DNA of 64,000 nt from a phage, in sequence record PV730302.1; one strand, given 5' to 3'. Position numbers and translations under genes: made by a program. Below the pieces are notes generated by a model, which did not search any database, was not told the DNA's origin, and saw only the letters and a program-made list of their open reading frames with translations. This document shows positions 28,097 to 37,309 of this stretch, piece by piece. Numbering within the stretch: the stretch's first letter is position 1; the number at the start of each line of letters is the position of its first letter.

Positions 28097-28289
28097 AGAG
28101 TTTAGCGATAGGCCACAGAATTAGCATACATAACCAGGCAAAGCAAAATACTGGCCATACAAATGTAATGAATACTGCATCATAGCTTGATTCAATTTCA
28201 ACCGGGTTCCATGCACCGGACTTATGAACAAATAATGCAGTAATAAATCCTATCACAAGATATCCAATAATAAAACTGATAATTTCCAT
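28074..28289 (-). CDS. small membrane protein (71 aa)
   Basis: Two hydrophobic helices. Confidence 0.45.
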   Translation of the reverse strand: MEIISFIIGYLVIGFITALFVHKSGAWNPVEIESSYDAVFITFVWPVFCFAWLCMLILWPIAKLYEKLFGL

Positions 28290-28291
28290 AA

Positions 28292-29134
28292 TTAATCCTT
28301 AAGAAGATTTAGGATATCGATATATTTTTGACGTTCAGCCTTGGCTTTAGCATTCAGACCAGAGAGTCGGAAAATCTCATCATCTTGTTGTTGAATTGTA
28401 ACATTCAAGCAAGTAAGCAAATTACTAAAATATTCAATCTGGGCTTGATGCTTCTCATTGCTGCGCACTGGCACAGGTTCCGGTTTAGGAGCTTGTTCTG
28501 AATGCTCTTCAGCCAGGTCTTTAATTTTATAAAGTTTAATACGCTGACCCACTCCAGTTTCGGCATCACCAAAACTAAGAACACCGTGCTGTTCTAATTC
28601 AGACAAGGCCAATCGGAGATGGAACTTCCAGTTGTCATATTGACAACCACTGTAATGGGAAATGGTATACTCATTTTCATTTCCGGGGTGGTTAACAATA
28701 CTAAAGATAATCCAATCACCTGAGCCATTAGTCTTAAATGGCATTTGCTTATCAAGACCTTTTGCAAGGCGAGCGCCAAGAGCCAGTAGACGTCGTTGGT
28801 TGGCATGAAGGTCTTGAACAACTTCGTCAAATGACAACGCCGGGATTAAACGACCATAAAGGTCGTAGCCTTTGTTATAATTTTTAAGAATAATTTTGGC
28901 ATTAGCACGAGACAACATACCTGTTTTACGAAGAGTTTTCATGACCCGGTCTTCTAAGGTAAAAGACCTGGTCTTATCAAAGATTTTAGTGAAGTCATCT
29001 TTAACAGTACAAACATTGAACTTGTCCCACATCATATATAGAACCTTTTCAACCACTTCTTTAGAACTCGGAATACGACCAAATTTAATAACTTTTTTAA
29101 CTTCAGAACGAATTTGATTAATTGCCTGTGACAT
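28292..29134 (-). CDS. hypothetical protein (280 aa)
   Basis: ORF. Confidence 0.6.
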   Translation of the reverse strand: MSQAINQIRSEVKKVIKFGRIPSSKEVVEKVLYMMWDKFNVCTVKDDFTKIFDKTRSFTLEDRVMKTLRKTGMLSRANAKIILKNYNKGYDLYGRLIPALSFDEVVQDLHANQRRLLALGARLAKGLDKQMPFKTNGSGDWIIFSIVNHPGNENEYTISHYSGCQYDNWKFHLRLALSELEQHGVLSFGDAETGVGQRIKLYKIKDLAEEHSEQAPKPEPVPVRSNEKHQAQIEYFSNLLTCLNVTIQQQDDEIFRLSGLNAKAKAERQKYIDILNLLKD

Positions 29135-29197
29135 AATAATTTCCTCAGTAAGTAATTAAGAACCTAGAACCATTATACCATCCTTGGTATAAAGCGT
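29135..29197 (-). promoter_or_regulatory. promoter-like element with TATAAT -10 and MotA-box-like CGCTTTA 12 bp upstream (possible middle promoter)
   Basis: Minus-strand AAACGCTTTATACCAAGGATGGTATAATGG; no GTTTAC -35. Confidence 0.3.
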
Positions 29198-29722
29198 TTA
29201 TGCGAGAACCGTCTTTAAACGCTCTTCAAATTTCTGAAGCAGAGCTTGGCGTTCAGCTCGTTGTGATTTGTACTGCTCGATACGACCTGAAGTGAGGGCG
29301 TACTGTTCGTTTACTGATTCCCGCATAAATTCAGGAATCTCTTTACAAGCTTTGATTTCGTCAAACTTATCAATAACAGCTTGTTGTTCAGCAATCAGAT
29401 TATCGAAATAAGCGATATCAGATTTAACGTTTGCCAGGTCAGATTCGGTAGGCATTAAACGTTTGTTACGTTCAGCTTGATAAGCTTGATTGTTTTCACG
29501 ACTCCAGTGAAGAGTACGTTTTTTGTTAGTGTTTTTATAGAGCTCTACAATACCAACTGAATCGATGACTGCAATCCAGTTCCAACGGCTTTTGTAAATC
29601 TCTCCTCCAGATACGGTAATCTCATTACCACAAGCAACGTCGTTAAAGAACTTGCTTTGTTTTTCAGATTTGAAATTACCGTTGTTGAAATTAATCAGTG
29701 AAAAAATATCTTTAGCGTTCAT
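29198..29722 (-). CDS. hypothetical protein (174 aa)
   Basis: ATG 29722 downstream of an early promoter; SD GGAGG. Confidence 0.55.
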   Translation of the reverse strand: MNAKDIFSLINFNNGNFKSEKQSKFFNDVACGNEITVSGGEIYKSRWNWIAVIDSVGIVELYKNTNKKRTLHWSRENNQAYQAERNKRLMPTESDLANVKSDIAYFDNLIAEQQAVIDKFDEIKACKEIPEFMRESVNEQYALTSGRIEQYKSQRAERQALLQKFEERLKTVLA

Positions 29723-29777
29723 GATAACCTCCAGTAGTTGATAGGTCTATAGTATCATTTCTACTGGAGATGTAAAC
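29723..29777 (-). promoter_or_regulatory. early promoter with SD-complementary spacer arm
   Basis: GTTTAC-ATCTCCAGTAGAAATGA-TACTAT-AGACCTATCAACTACTGGAGG; CTCCAGTAG in the spacer pairs with CTACTGGAG in the leader. Confidence 0.6.
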
Positions 29778-29779
29778 AA

Positions 29780-30121
29780 CTAATAGAAACTTTTTTCACC
29801 TGCTTGTCCACTAAACCATGCGGATTGAGTGTTCTCTTTCCGTTGGTGTTCAATACGAATGCGATATTCATTCCTGATGGCGCAGAGTTCATCTCGGAAG
29901 TCGCCTGCCAACTTTACCTGCTTACGGTCTAGATTTATTAAGGCCTGGGTGTTAACGGCCAAGCGCAGTCTCCTGAAGTCTCCTCCACTACACGGATTTT
30001 TATAGAATTTCTCAGAAAACTTAGTACTACATTCATTAATATAGTCTTCAACAGACTGTTTCATAGCTTTGGAAAAAGTCTGACCTGCGTTATAAAGATT
30101 GTAAATAAATTGTTCGAACAT
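29780..30121 (-). CDS. hypothetical protein (113 aa)
   Basis: ORF. Confidence 0.5.
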   Translation of the reverse strand: MFEQFIYNLYNAGQTFSKAMKQSVEDYINECSTKFSEKFYKNPCSGGDFRRLRLAVNTQALINLDRKQVKLAGDFRDELCAIRNEYRIRIEHQRKENTQSAWFSGQAGEKSFY

Positions 30122-30131
30122 AATTTCACCT

Positions 30132-31112
30132 TTATTTCAGAAGTGTAACTTCAGCGATTTCGCTCCAGTCATTTTTATCGGTGGCAATGAAGTCCGCCAG
30201 ATAAAGAGCTGTACGTAATGATACGTTACGAAGACGAGATACATTAGCCTTCATCCAGGACAGTGCTTGATAAGTCTCGGCATCAGTCAGACCACGGTTT
30301 TGCATCATATCAGTGGACAGGATAACGTCTTCAACACGGACCATAATCTCTTCGTTAGAGTGAACTCCGAGGTCTAAGTAAACTGAACGAGATACTAAAG
30401 CCTGGAGGTGTGGAGCAAGTTTAGTTCCACGCTCTAATTCACGGTCAATATCAACGTTGGTGATGAACACGATGGTGCCTTCGTATTCGAATTCTTTATC
30501 GATATTTTTATCATCAAGGTAAGAACTTGAAGTGCTCCAGCACACCTTACGTTTTTCACCGGTATCCAATGCTGCTTTTAACAGGTTCAGGATATCCATA
30601 TCAGAGAATACATCAACATCATCAATAAGAAGAACACTATTAGGGCCGCGGTTATTCCAAAGCTGCTCGTAAAGACCGATTCCACTAATCTTTCCGTTGA
30701 TTGATTTATATTCGATAGTTTCATTTTCGTGGGCATTCTGTAATGCTTTATCTAAAGAATATGTTTTACCAATACCTGCGGCACCAGAGATGATAAGGGA
30801 ACGAATTTTACCATCGATGATTCCGTTGGTCATCATGTTCATTACTTTAAAACGTTTGTTGATGCGATGTTTCATTTCTTCAGCGGATTCAGTAACAACT
30901 GCAGGAGCTTCGGCACCTTCCATTTCAACGTCACATTTGAACACCCATACACCACGTTCAACACCATCAATCTGTACAAATACCTTACCATCACCGAGGT
31001 GAGCTTCAGATTCATGAATTTTATTAGGGAACCAGGTTTTACCTGAACTCATGAACGTACCAGAGATTTCATTACCGCGATAGATACCTTTGTTGATTTT
31101 GATAGTTAACAT
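30132..31112 (-). CDS. P-loop ATPase with about 110-aa N-terminal domain (AAA-like)
   Basis: Walker A SGAAGIGKT and Walker B VLLIDDVD; start at ATG 31112 with GGAG SD; track N-terminal extension rejected. Confidence 0.6.
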   Translation of the reverse strand: MLTIKINKGIYRGNEISGTFMSSGKTWFPNKIHESEAHLGDGKVFVQIDGVERGVWVFKCDVEMEGAEAPAVVTESAEEMKHRINKRFKVMNMMTNGIIDGKIRSLIISGAAGIGKTYSLDKALQNAHENETIEYKSINGKISGIGLYEQLWNNRGPNSVLLIDDVDVFSDMDILNLLKAALDTGEKRKVCWSTSSSYLDDKNIDKEFEYEGTIVFITNVDIDRELERGTKLAPHLQALVSRSVYLDLGVHSNEEIMVRVEDVILSTDMMQNRGLTDAETYQALSWMKANVSRLRNVSLRTALYLADFIATDKNDWSEIAEVTLLK

Positions 31113-31178
31113 TATATTCTCCATTTCACTCAGTAGATTTGATAGGTCCATAATAACATGCTCTACGAGGTTGTAAAC
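31113..31178 (-). promoter_or_regulatory. early promoter (GTTTAC-17-TATTAT)
   Basis: Minus-strand GTTTACAACCTCGTAGAGCATGTTATTATGGACCTATCAA. Confidence 0.55.
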
Positions 31179-31195
31179 ACTTTTTTGCACTAAAC

Positions 31196-31222
31196 CCAAA
31201 AAAGGAACCCGAAGGTTCCTAA
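31196..31222 (-). terminator. rho-independent terminator
   Basis: GGAACC-TTCG-GGTTCC followed by T6 on the minus strand. Confidence 0.55.
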
Positions 31223-31407
31223 ATCGCATTCCAATAATTATGGAAGCGGATATTATTAATGGCCCACTCAACAAATCGTCTTATCTGTTTAGGCGTTGGT
31301 TTACATACGTACTTGATATTGCCTCGGCGTCCAGTTTCTTTACATACTGCTTCAAGATACCATCGGCGGGTTTTATGAGGCCTTCCATATGATAAAAAGA
31401 CCTTCAT
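31219..31407 (-). CDS. hypothetical basic protein (start uncertain)
   Basis: ORF ending in the terminator hairpin; first ATG at 31407; track start is TTG. Confidence 0.35.
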   Translation of the reverse strand: MKVFLSYGRPHKTRRWYLEAVCKETGRRGNIKYVCKPTPKQIRRFVEWAINNIRFHNYWNAI

Positions 31408-31414
31408 TTCTTCG

Positions 31415-32425
31415 TTATCGATAATAAGAGTTGTGGTTGTCAAGGTATACCTCTTCGACGAACTTGTCCCGGAACTTCATGTCCACCTTATCAGGCATAC
31501 CGTTCTTGGCTGCCCAGATGGCATTGGTTTCGACTTCATCTACAATAGCTTCAAGTTCAGCCTGCACATCTTTAAAAGCATGTAATCCTTGTTTGATTTC
31601 AAGAATGAATGGAGCGGTACGTAAAGGGTATTTGAGATCGCCAGTTTGATAGATTTCCTTCAACTGGTATCCAGCACGATAAGCATGACTCAGCGCTTTC
31701 CAATCGATACCTTCATTGGCTTCAGCCTTACGAGCACGTTCACCATATTCAGCATCAAGCTTATTCAGAGATTGCTTGAGCTCGATTAAAGACAAAGTGG
31801 TTTGGTACTTACGTCCGAGAACAGTATAGAACGTTTGAGGACCTGTTTTCTCATGATTATGGAATACCCATTCACAGAACTCGTTTTCAGGGAGTCGATG
31901 TTTAATATCTTCTACCTTAGTACGACGTTGTTTAGTCGAACCATCTTCTTGGTAATCAATCCACTGTTCAGGAATCTGGTTGACTATTGCCAATACACCA
32001 CGCAGAGCAGCCAGACGAGAACCTTTAACACCATATTTAGAAGCTTGCTTACGGACGTACCCTAAATAGGCTTTCATGTTGGTTGTATAGAACCGAGAAC
32101 GATTGTCTTGGATAAATTTCCATACATCAGGTAAATCAGATTTAACCACCAGTTCAGGTGGAGTGTGGAGCATATCCAGAGCAACGGTTTCGCCTTCAGC
32201 CGCCAGTTTAAAGAAATATTTCAGGCTATAAAGCTCGTGGTCAACATCATCTTTAGTGTTTTTGGAAGCAGTGTTATTCGTATTCAGGTTGGTATGGTTC
32301 ATAGCCGTACCTAACAGAATATCACGCGGATGTGGAACAAAGATTTCTTTAAAATCAACATCAGATTCTGGAGTACTTGTTCCATAAAGGTGGCTACCGA
32401 AGTAGCCTTTCATAACTGTTCTCAT
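31415..32425 (-). CDS. Pol-beta-superfamily nucleotidyltransferase-like protein with long helical C-terminal domain
   Basis: GSHLYGTSTPESDVDF matches the GS-x(9-13)-DxD minimal-NTase motif; 336 aa; ATG overlaps the upstream stop (ATGA); SD GAGGA. Confidence 0.55.
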   Translation of the reverse strand: MRTVMKGYFGSHLYGTSTPESDVDFKEIFVPHPRDILLGTAMNHTNLNTNNTASKNTKDDVDHELYSLKYFFKLAAEGETVALDMLHTPPELVVKSDLPDVWKFIQDNRSRFYTTNMKAYLGYVRKQASKYGVKGSRLAALRGVLAIVNQIPEQWIDYQEDGSTKQRRTKVEDIKHRLPENEFCEWVFHNHEKTGPQTFYTVLGRKYQTTLSLIELKQSLNKLDAEYGERARKAEANEGIDWKALSHAYRAGYQLKEIYQTGDLKYPLRTAPFILEIKQGLHAFKDVQAELEAIVDEVETNAIWAAKNGMPDKVDMKFRDKFVEEVYLDNHNSYYR

Positions 32426-32880
32426 TCTTTGTCCTCGAAGTGGATTACCGGACAGACCTTAGATTTACGAGCTTTAATGTATTGAATAACGATATTTTCT
32501 TTAGTTTCTCGGCCTTCACGCTCAGCTTGAATACGTTGCCATTCCTTTTCTTCTCTACGGGCATCATACCATGCGTGTAAATTCATCGCACCGAATGCCA
32601 AACCAATGGATAGCGCAATAATAAGAGCTATTGCAACCAATCCTAAAACAAACCCTAGACTCAACAGAACAGGGGTACTTAATACAAAGAAATGCTCTAA
32701 TACACCAACACCTGCAACAGTTAATCCAAAAAGCGTACTACCTGCAACAACAGCACAAGCAAAACAAGCCCAAACCATTTTCCAGAAGTAAGCACATAAA
32801 GAGTGCGGTCGAGAATGACTGTCATAAAAACGGTCATGAAGTTTAGCGTGCCAAGAGTTTGCATTGATAATCATAATCAT
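32422..32880 (-). CDS. membrane protein (152 aa)
   Basis: Several hydrophobic helices. Confidence 0.5.
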   Translation of the reverse strand: MIMIINANSWHAKLHDRFYDSHSRPHSLCAYFWKMVWACFACAVVAGSTLFGLTVAGVGVLEHFFVLSTPVLLSLGFVLGLVAIALIIALSIGLAFGAMNLHAWYDARREEKEWQRIQAEREGRETKENIVIQYIKARKSKVCPVIHFEDKE

Positions 32881-32890
32881 AATATTTTCC

Positions 32891-33451
32891 TTAAGAGTTC
32901 ATAGTTGGGATAACAGAGTTCAGATAAGAGACTAAAACTTTTAGTTCGTCTTTAGTAAATACCACTTCACTTTCACCATCGTGTCTTTGGGTCAAGGATA
33001 ACAAATCACGGCCCTGATGTTGATACACGGTTAATTCAGTATCATAATTCAGTTCTTCTTCATCACCTTCAAAGGTTTCACTAGAACGAATCACGGCATC
33101 TTGGCCAGGGACTTTCCATTCAACTTCCGGCTTGCATTCTTCCTGGAACAGTTTGAAAATACAATCAAAGAATTTATCAGAATCGCTGATGCTCAGACAT
33201 TCCCCGTCTGTTTCCAAATTAAACCCGTTGTCATGGTTATAAATCTGGGCCCACATATCATCGTTAATATCAAATACACCTCTAAAACTACCATTAAGAT
33301 ATTCGTGTTTATCCAAAACCTTTAAATCGTAAAGTGGTTTGATATCTTGGATAGTCAGTACGATTTTATCGTCTTCTTGTGAAAGCACAATCGCATTATC
33401 AACTACTTCAGCGGTCAGGTCACCAAACAACCCAGATGTTTCAATAATCAT
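32891..33451 (-). CDS. hypothetical acidic protein (186 aa)
   Basis: ORF. Confidence 0.55.
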   Translation of the reverse strand: MIIETSGLFGDLTAEVVDNAIVLSQEDDKIVLTIQDIKPLYDLKVLDKHEYLNGSFRGVFDINDDMWAQIYNHDNGFNLETDGECLSISDSDKFFDCIFKLFQEECKPEVEWKVPGQDAVIRSSETFEGDEEELNYDTELTVYQHQGRDLLSLTQRHDGESEVVFTKDELKVLVSYLNSVIPTMNS

Positions 33452-33461
33452 TTTCCGTTCC

Positions 33462-33644
33462 TCATTTCACATTTTGTTTAATAAAATTTAACAACTCATT
33501 AAGAGCTTTATCTTCTTCTTTGGAAAGCCTAGTACAATCATCAACCGAGTAATGGTTGCAAAATGCTGTTTCGAATCTAGCAACTGTACCTGCATAGGCC
33601 TCGATAAGCTCTTCAAGCTTTAAGTGCTTTTCTTTAGTTTTCAT
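33462..33644 (-). CDS. hypothetical protein (60 aa)
   Basis: ORF. Confidence 0.4.
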   Translation of the reverse strand: MKTKEKHLKLEELIEAYAGTVARFETAFCNHYSVDDCTRLSKEEDKALNELLNFIKQNVK

Positions 33645-33647
33645 AAA

Positions 33648-33857
33648 TCACCGGTTATGTTTTAAAATACTATAAAGCTCTTCAACTTGGCTTGCATCCA
33701 GATAAATGACCTCGTCATCTTGTTCCAGAACAATCCCACCTTTAATGAGGTTCCATTCCACCACTTCAACAGTCATATCATCACCGGAACCGGCTAATGT
33801 TTCTGGTTCTAAAACGATAACGCCATTTTCGGAATTACCACTCGGGTCATATAACAT
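33648..33857 (-). CDS. hypothetical protein (69 aa)
   Basis: Start at ATG 33857 with GAGGAAA SD. Confidence 0.4.
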   Translation of the reverse strand: MLYDPSGNSENGVIVLEPETLAGSGDDMTVEVVEWNLIKGGIVLEQDDEVIYLDASQVEELYSILKHNR

Positions 33858-33977
33858 TACAGTTTCCTCGCTAACCGTGAAAAGAATAAACCAATTAAAA
33901 CAGGCCCTACAACCATTGTTAACCAAGCCCAAGGTTCAAGATAGTAAATCATCTTCATGCTCCTATGCCACCAGCCA

Positions 33978-34160
33978 TTAGGCTTTCAATTCTTCTAAAT
34001 AATCAACCAAAGCCTGTTTTGATTTAGCCAAATCTCGTTTACACCGTTCTATTCCGGAATATGAATAACCTTCACACATCTCAACCGCAAGGTCGTTAGA
34101 ATCTCTTTCAATTTCAATAGCTAATTTAAGAATTTTTGCACACTGTTCAGCAGTTAACAT
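33978..34160 (-). CDS. hypothetical protein (60 aa)
   Basis: ORF. Confidence 0.4.
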   Translation of the reverse strand: MLTAEQCAKILKLAIEIERDSNDLAVEMCEGYSYSGIERCKRDLAKSKQALVDYLEELKA

Positions 34161-34164
34161 ATCA

Positions 34165-34401
34165 TCACCAATATTTGTTAATGTTAGAAATCAATTCCTG
34201 GACCTGGGTAGTCTTCAGCTTACACCCACAACCCTTTAATGTATCTTTAAGGAGCCATGGCTCCTTGAGCTCGTCCTTTTCTAGACGAATTCTGTATCCT
34301 CGATAATCGGCGAAGATGCTTCGGTCGTCGAATATCTTAATCTCAAGGAGGCGGTTATTGATTTCATATTCTAATGAAACCGTAGTACTTGTAAGTTTCA
34401 T
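34165..34401 (-). CDS. hypothetical protein (78 aa)
   Basis: ATG 34401 directly downstream of an early promoter. Confidence 0.5.
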   Translation of the reverse strand: MKLTSTTVSLEYEINNRLLEIKIFDDRSIFADYRGYRIRLEKDELKEPWLLKDTLKGCGCKLKTTQVQELISNINKYW

Positions 34402-34458
34402 ACTGTTCTCCTCATTAGTTGATAAGTCTATAGTATCATGTTCCTAGAGGATGTAAAC
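34402..34458 (-). promoter_or_regulatory. early promoter (GTTTAC-17-TACTAT)
   Basis: Minus-strand GTTTACATCCTCTAGGAACATGATACTATAGACTTATCAACTAATGAGGAG. Confidence 0.55.
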
Positions 34459-34464
34459 ACCTAA

Positions 34465-34497
34465 ACGAAAAAAGGTCCCACCGAAGTGAGACCTTTG
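34465..34497 (-). terminator. rho-independent terminator
   Basis: GGTCTCAC-TTCG-GTGGGACC with T6 on the minus strand, right after the stop at 34499. Confidence 0.6.
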
Positions 34498-34498
34498 A

Positions 34499-34882
34499 TT
34501 ATTCTAACGTCAGCAAATACTTAGTCTGGTAAAAGACGCCAGTGATATCGTCCAAAGTCGACTGGATGGCCTTGGGAAGGGTATCATAGATTTTATCAGA
34601 TGCTTTAAGAAGCTCGTCAAGGAAATCTACAGGGTCCTTAGGCAAGTCTGAAGCAGACGGTAATGATGCTTTATATTCTTTGCCACTGAATCCAAGATAT
34701 TGCTCACTAAATTGGTCCAATGGGCCTTGAACTTCTACATAATAGAAGTCATACGCTTTGTGTCTTGCATAGCTTTTGGTTTCTAAATGGGCTGACTTAA
34801 AATAGGCTAAAGAAACCAGTAGCCAACCAATATAAGAATCCACTTCAGACCCTCGACCGGGTACGAAATCATTGAACTTCAT
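34499..34882 (-). CDS. hypothetical protein (127 aa)
   Basis: ORF. Confidence 0.5.
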   Translation of the reverse strand: MKFNDFVPGRGSEVDSYIGWLLVSLAYFKSAHLETKSYARHKAYDFYYVEVQGPLDQFSEQYLGFSGKEYKASLPSASDLPKDPVDFLDELLKASDKIYDTLPKAIQSTLDDITGVFYQTKYLLTLE

Positions 34883-35162
34883 CTTCCACCTTCATTAGTT
34901 TTACATAACGCTCTCCGATGGCACGACCTTCAATTGAGCACGCTTCTATAGTCCGACAACTTGACATCTTCCAAGAAGCCGTAACATAGGCCCAATAGTC
35001 TTCAGAGGCCTTTACGCTGGGTCTACTCATTTGTGCATAAACAGGCATCGCACTACTAGCAAATGCATCCATCAATTTATCGTTGGTGTTATTTGCTAGT
35101 GAAACTGTAGGGCTTAAACATCCCGCCATAAGGATACAAGCCGCTGTACGGAAAATATCCAT
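34869..35162 (-). CDS. rI: lysis-inhibition regulator RI-like periplasmic protein
   Basis: Signal-anchor N-terminus ending LSPT; C-terminal SSCRTIEACSIEGRAIGERYVKLM resembles recalled T4 RI CSSDFECIERGAEMAQSYARIM; next to tk as in T4. Confidence 0.5.
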   Translation of the reverse strand: MDIFRTAACILMAGCLSPTVSLANNTNDKLMDAFASSAMPVYAQMSRPSVKASEDYWAYVTASWKMSSCRTIEACSIEGRAIGERYVKLMKVEDEVQ

Positions 35163-35254
35163 ACAAAAGTCCTTTGTTGTTTTATACTATTTGCCTTTCG
35201 GCCTTAACCGATAGCGATTACCAAAAGCTAAAGCTCTACGGTTAGTATTATTAT

Positions 35255-35533
35255 TTATAGCTTTTTAAGCTTACGACAATAAGAATAGAACACGTCGTTA
35301 AAATTATGCTCAACCCAATTCCTCTGTATAGGCGAGGTAATGGAAAGCATATAATGAGCTTTAATTAAATCCATCCCATTTTTATTAGGACATTCTTTAT
35401 TATTAGCATTATACGTCGCTGCTACAACCTCTATCTCTCTTTTGTAAGCCACATCATCCATGATAGGCGAAAGAACAATATAAGAAATAGCCACAGCGAA
35501 CGCTAGAATTAAAATCTTTGAATTTAGGTCCAT
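35255..35533 (-). CDS. signal-anchored small protein (92 aa)
   Basis: N-terminal hydrophobic helix. Confidence 0.45.
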   Translation of the reverse strand: MDLNSKILILAFAVAISYIVLSPIMDDVAYKREIEVVAATYNANNKECPNKNGMDLIKAHYMLSITSPIQRNWVEHNFNDVFYSYCRKLKKL

Positions 35534-35540
35534 AGTACCC

Positions 35541-36113
35541 TCAACTCGTTATTTCTATCCAGTGCTTCCTGCACAATGACACGTAAGAATCGTTGCCACC
35601 TATAGAAACTTGGGCTCCGTCCTTAATTGCAATACCATCTTGGATACGAGCCGTCATAGTAGCTTTACGGCCGCAATGGCACACACCTTTGTACTCAACG
35701 AGTTTATCTGCTGTAGCGAGTAATTCAGCAGAGCCAGGAAACAGTTTACCCTGAAAATCAGTTCTTAGCCCATAGCACATAACTGGAACATTATAATTGT
35801 CTACTATCTTTGCCAGTTGTTTTATCTGTGCAGGTTCTAAGAACTGTGCTTCATCCACAAATACACAGTGGATATCTTTTTGAGATTCAGCCCAACGATA
35901 GAACTCGTATAGGTCCATATCCGGAGTCACGGCATTAGCCTCTTGACTAATCCCTATACGAGACGAAATGCTATGGCTTGATTCTCTATTGTCTATCGCA
36001 GGCTTTAAAAGGAGTACGCCCATACCGCGTTCTTTGTAGTTATGAGCCGCTGTTAGCAATGAAGCGGTCTTCCCAGAATTCATCGCCGCATAGTGAAAAT
36101 AAAGTTGAGCCAT
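35541..36113 (-). CDS. tk: thymidine kinase
   Basis: P-loop AAMNSGKT and C-terminal CxxC zinc ribbon; high similarity to recalled T4 Tk. Confidence 0.92.
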   Translation of the reverse strand: MAQLYFHYAAMNSGKTASLLTAAHNYKERGMGVLLLKPAIDNRESSHSISSRIGISQEANAVTPDMDLYEFYRWAESQKDIHCVFVDEAQFLEPAQIKQLAKIVDNYNVPVMCYGLRTDFQGKLFPGSAELLATADKLVEYKGVCHCGRKATMTARIQDGIAIKDGAQVSIGGNDSYVSLCRKHWIEITS

Positions 36114-36122
36114 ATTACCTTC

Positions 36123-36329
36123 TTAAAGACTATTTACATAAGCAATTAATTCATTTTCTTTCTCATCAAATCGATTAGCAAATTCTTCCAGATGGTCGGC
36201 ATCTATAGGGCCATATTCATCATAAAAAGAATTTGCTTCTGCATGCTCATCTAGAAGTTCATGGATAAGCTCAAACAATTTATCTTTCTGCTCTTTACTC
36301 AGACTCATAACCATTGTACCTTTAAGCAA
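36123..36329 (-). CDS. hypothetical acidic protein (68 aa)
   Basis: ORF. Confidence 0.4.
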   Translation of the reverse strand: MLKGTMVMSLSKEQKDKLFELIHELLDEHAEANSFYDEYGPIDADHLEEFANRFDEKENELIAYVNSL

Positions 36330-36517
36330 TATTCTTCAACATGCTGTTTGCGTTTATTTTTATCTATAAAAGTATATTCAACATATTCACCAATATACCA
36401 TTTATCGGTGTTATGTTGACTTTTTATAGGGCATTTAGTTACTCGGGTTTCGGACCAGTGTCGAATAATTTCCGCTTTATTTTTAGGGTCAAACGGATGC
36501 GGGTAATGGGCTTTCAT
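36305..36517 (-). CDS. hypothetical protein (70 aa)
   Basis: ORF. Confidence 0.4.
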   Translation of the reverse strand: MKAHYPHPFDPKNKAEIIRHWSETRVTKCPIKSQHNTDKWYIGEYVEYTFIDKNKRKQHVEEYCLKVQWL

Positions 36518-36956
36518 AATCTACCACCACTAAATTAATATCAGGAGTAAACAAATTAATCAATTGATAAACCTTGTCCCAATCACCACCAGCAATACCA
36601 CAACCGATGCGAGGGATATAAATTCTTGGTTTAAACAAAAGACCCTTTGCGGTACGGTTTAATTCTATCATACAGTTTACTAAAGCACCGTAATCAAGAT
36701 TAGGGCCCGGTTCGTATTGGGTGTATAAATTATAGCAAATTTGGCCCTTATTACCTGTGGCTTGAGTAAACGTGCCAAGTTTTTCCAAATGGCCTAAATA
36801 AGTGGTTTTATCGATAGCGAGAATAGGCGGATAAGCCTTAGCCAATTGCCCAGCTACACCTGAACCCATTGTATGGAAACAGTTACACCCGTGAGCAACA
36901 TTATTACCTTGAAGAAACAGGGCGACGATATCGCCCTTAATATAATCAATAATCAT
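36489..36956 (-). CDS. macrodomain protein (ADP-ribose-binding/processing fold)
   Basis: GDIVALF...NVAHGCNCFHTMGSGVAGQ and IYIPRIGCGIAGGDW match macrodomain signature blocks; ATG overlaps the upstream stop (ATGA). Confidence 0.7.
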   Translation of the reverse strand: MIIDYIKGDIVALFLQGNNVAHGCNCFHTMGSGVAGQLAKAYPPILAIDKTTYLGHLEKLGTFTQATGNKGQICYNLYTQYEPGPNLDYGALVNCMIELNRTAKGLLFKPRIYIPRIGCGIAGGDWDKVYQLINLFTPDINLVVVDYESPLPASV

Positions 36957-37309
36957 TTAGAGTTTAGTCCTCGGTTGTAAGAGTCAACGAGTCTGTCTAC
37001 CATAGACGCGCACATTTCTTTGTACTTTTTATCAGATGGAATACATTCAGTAACGTTTAGACGTTGCTCGTATCTTTTAGAAAGAGTTTTCTCTTTCATT
37101 CGGCGATGCTCTACGTCATTCTGGCCATCTTTAAAAGCAGCTGTGATTTTTGAACTGAATTCGATAATGCATTCAGTATTACTCGGATGACAATAATCTT
37201 TTGCTGTACGGGTAGCATACTCGACAATTGAATTATTACTATCATAAACTTGTGACGCTAATACTCCCGGAGCAATCAACATAAGCGCTATAGTCATCTG
37301 CTTAATCAT
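36953..37309 (-). CDS. secreted/periplasmic protein (118 aa)
   Basis: N-terminal signal peptide; four cysteines. Confidence 0.5.
   Translation of the reverse strand: MIKQMTIALMLIAPGVLASQVYDSNNSIVEYATRTAKDYCHPSNTECIIEFSSKITAAFKDGQNDVEHRRMKEKTLSKRYEQRLNVTECIPSDKKYKEMCASMVDRLVDSYNRGLNSK

Noticed and set aside
29135-29197. Canonical early promoter upstream of the gene at 28292-29134
   Set aside because: A good TATAAT -10 is present but there is no GTTTAC-type -35 at 17 bp; only a MotA-box-like CGCTTTA. It is kept as a low-confidence middle-promoter candidate.
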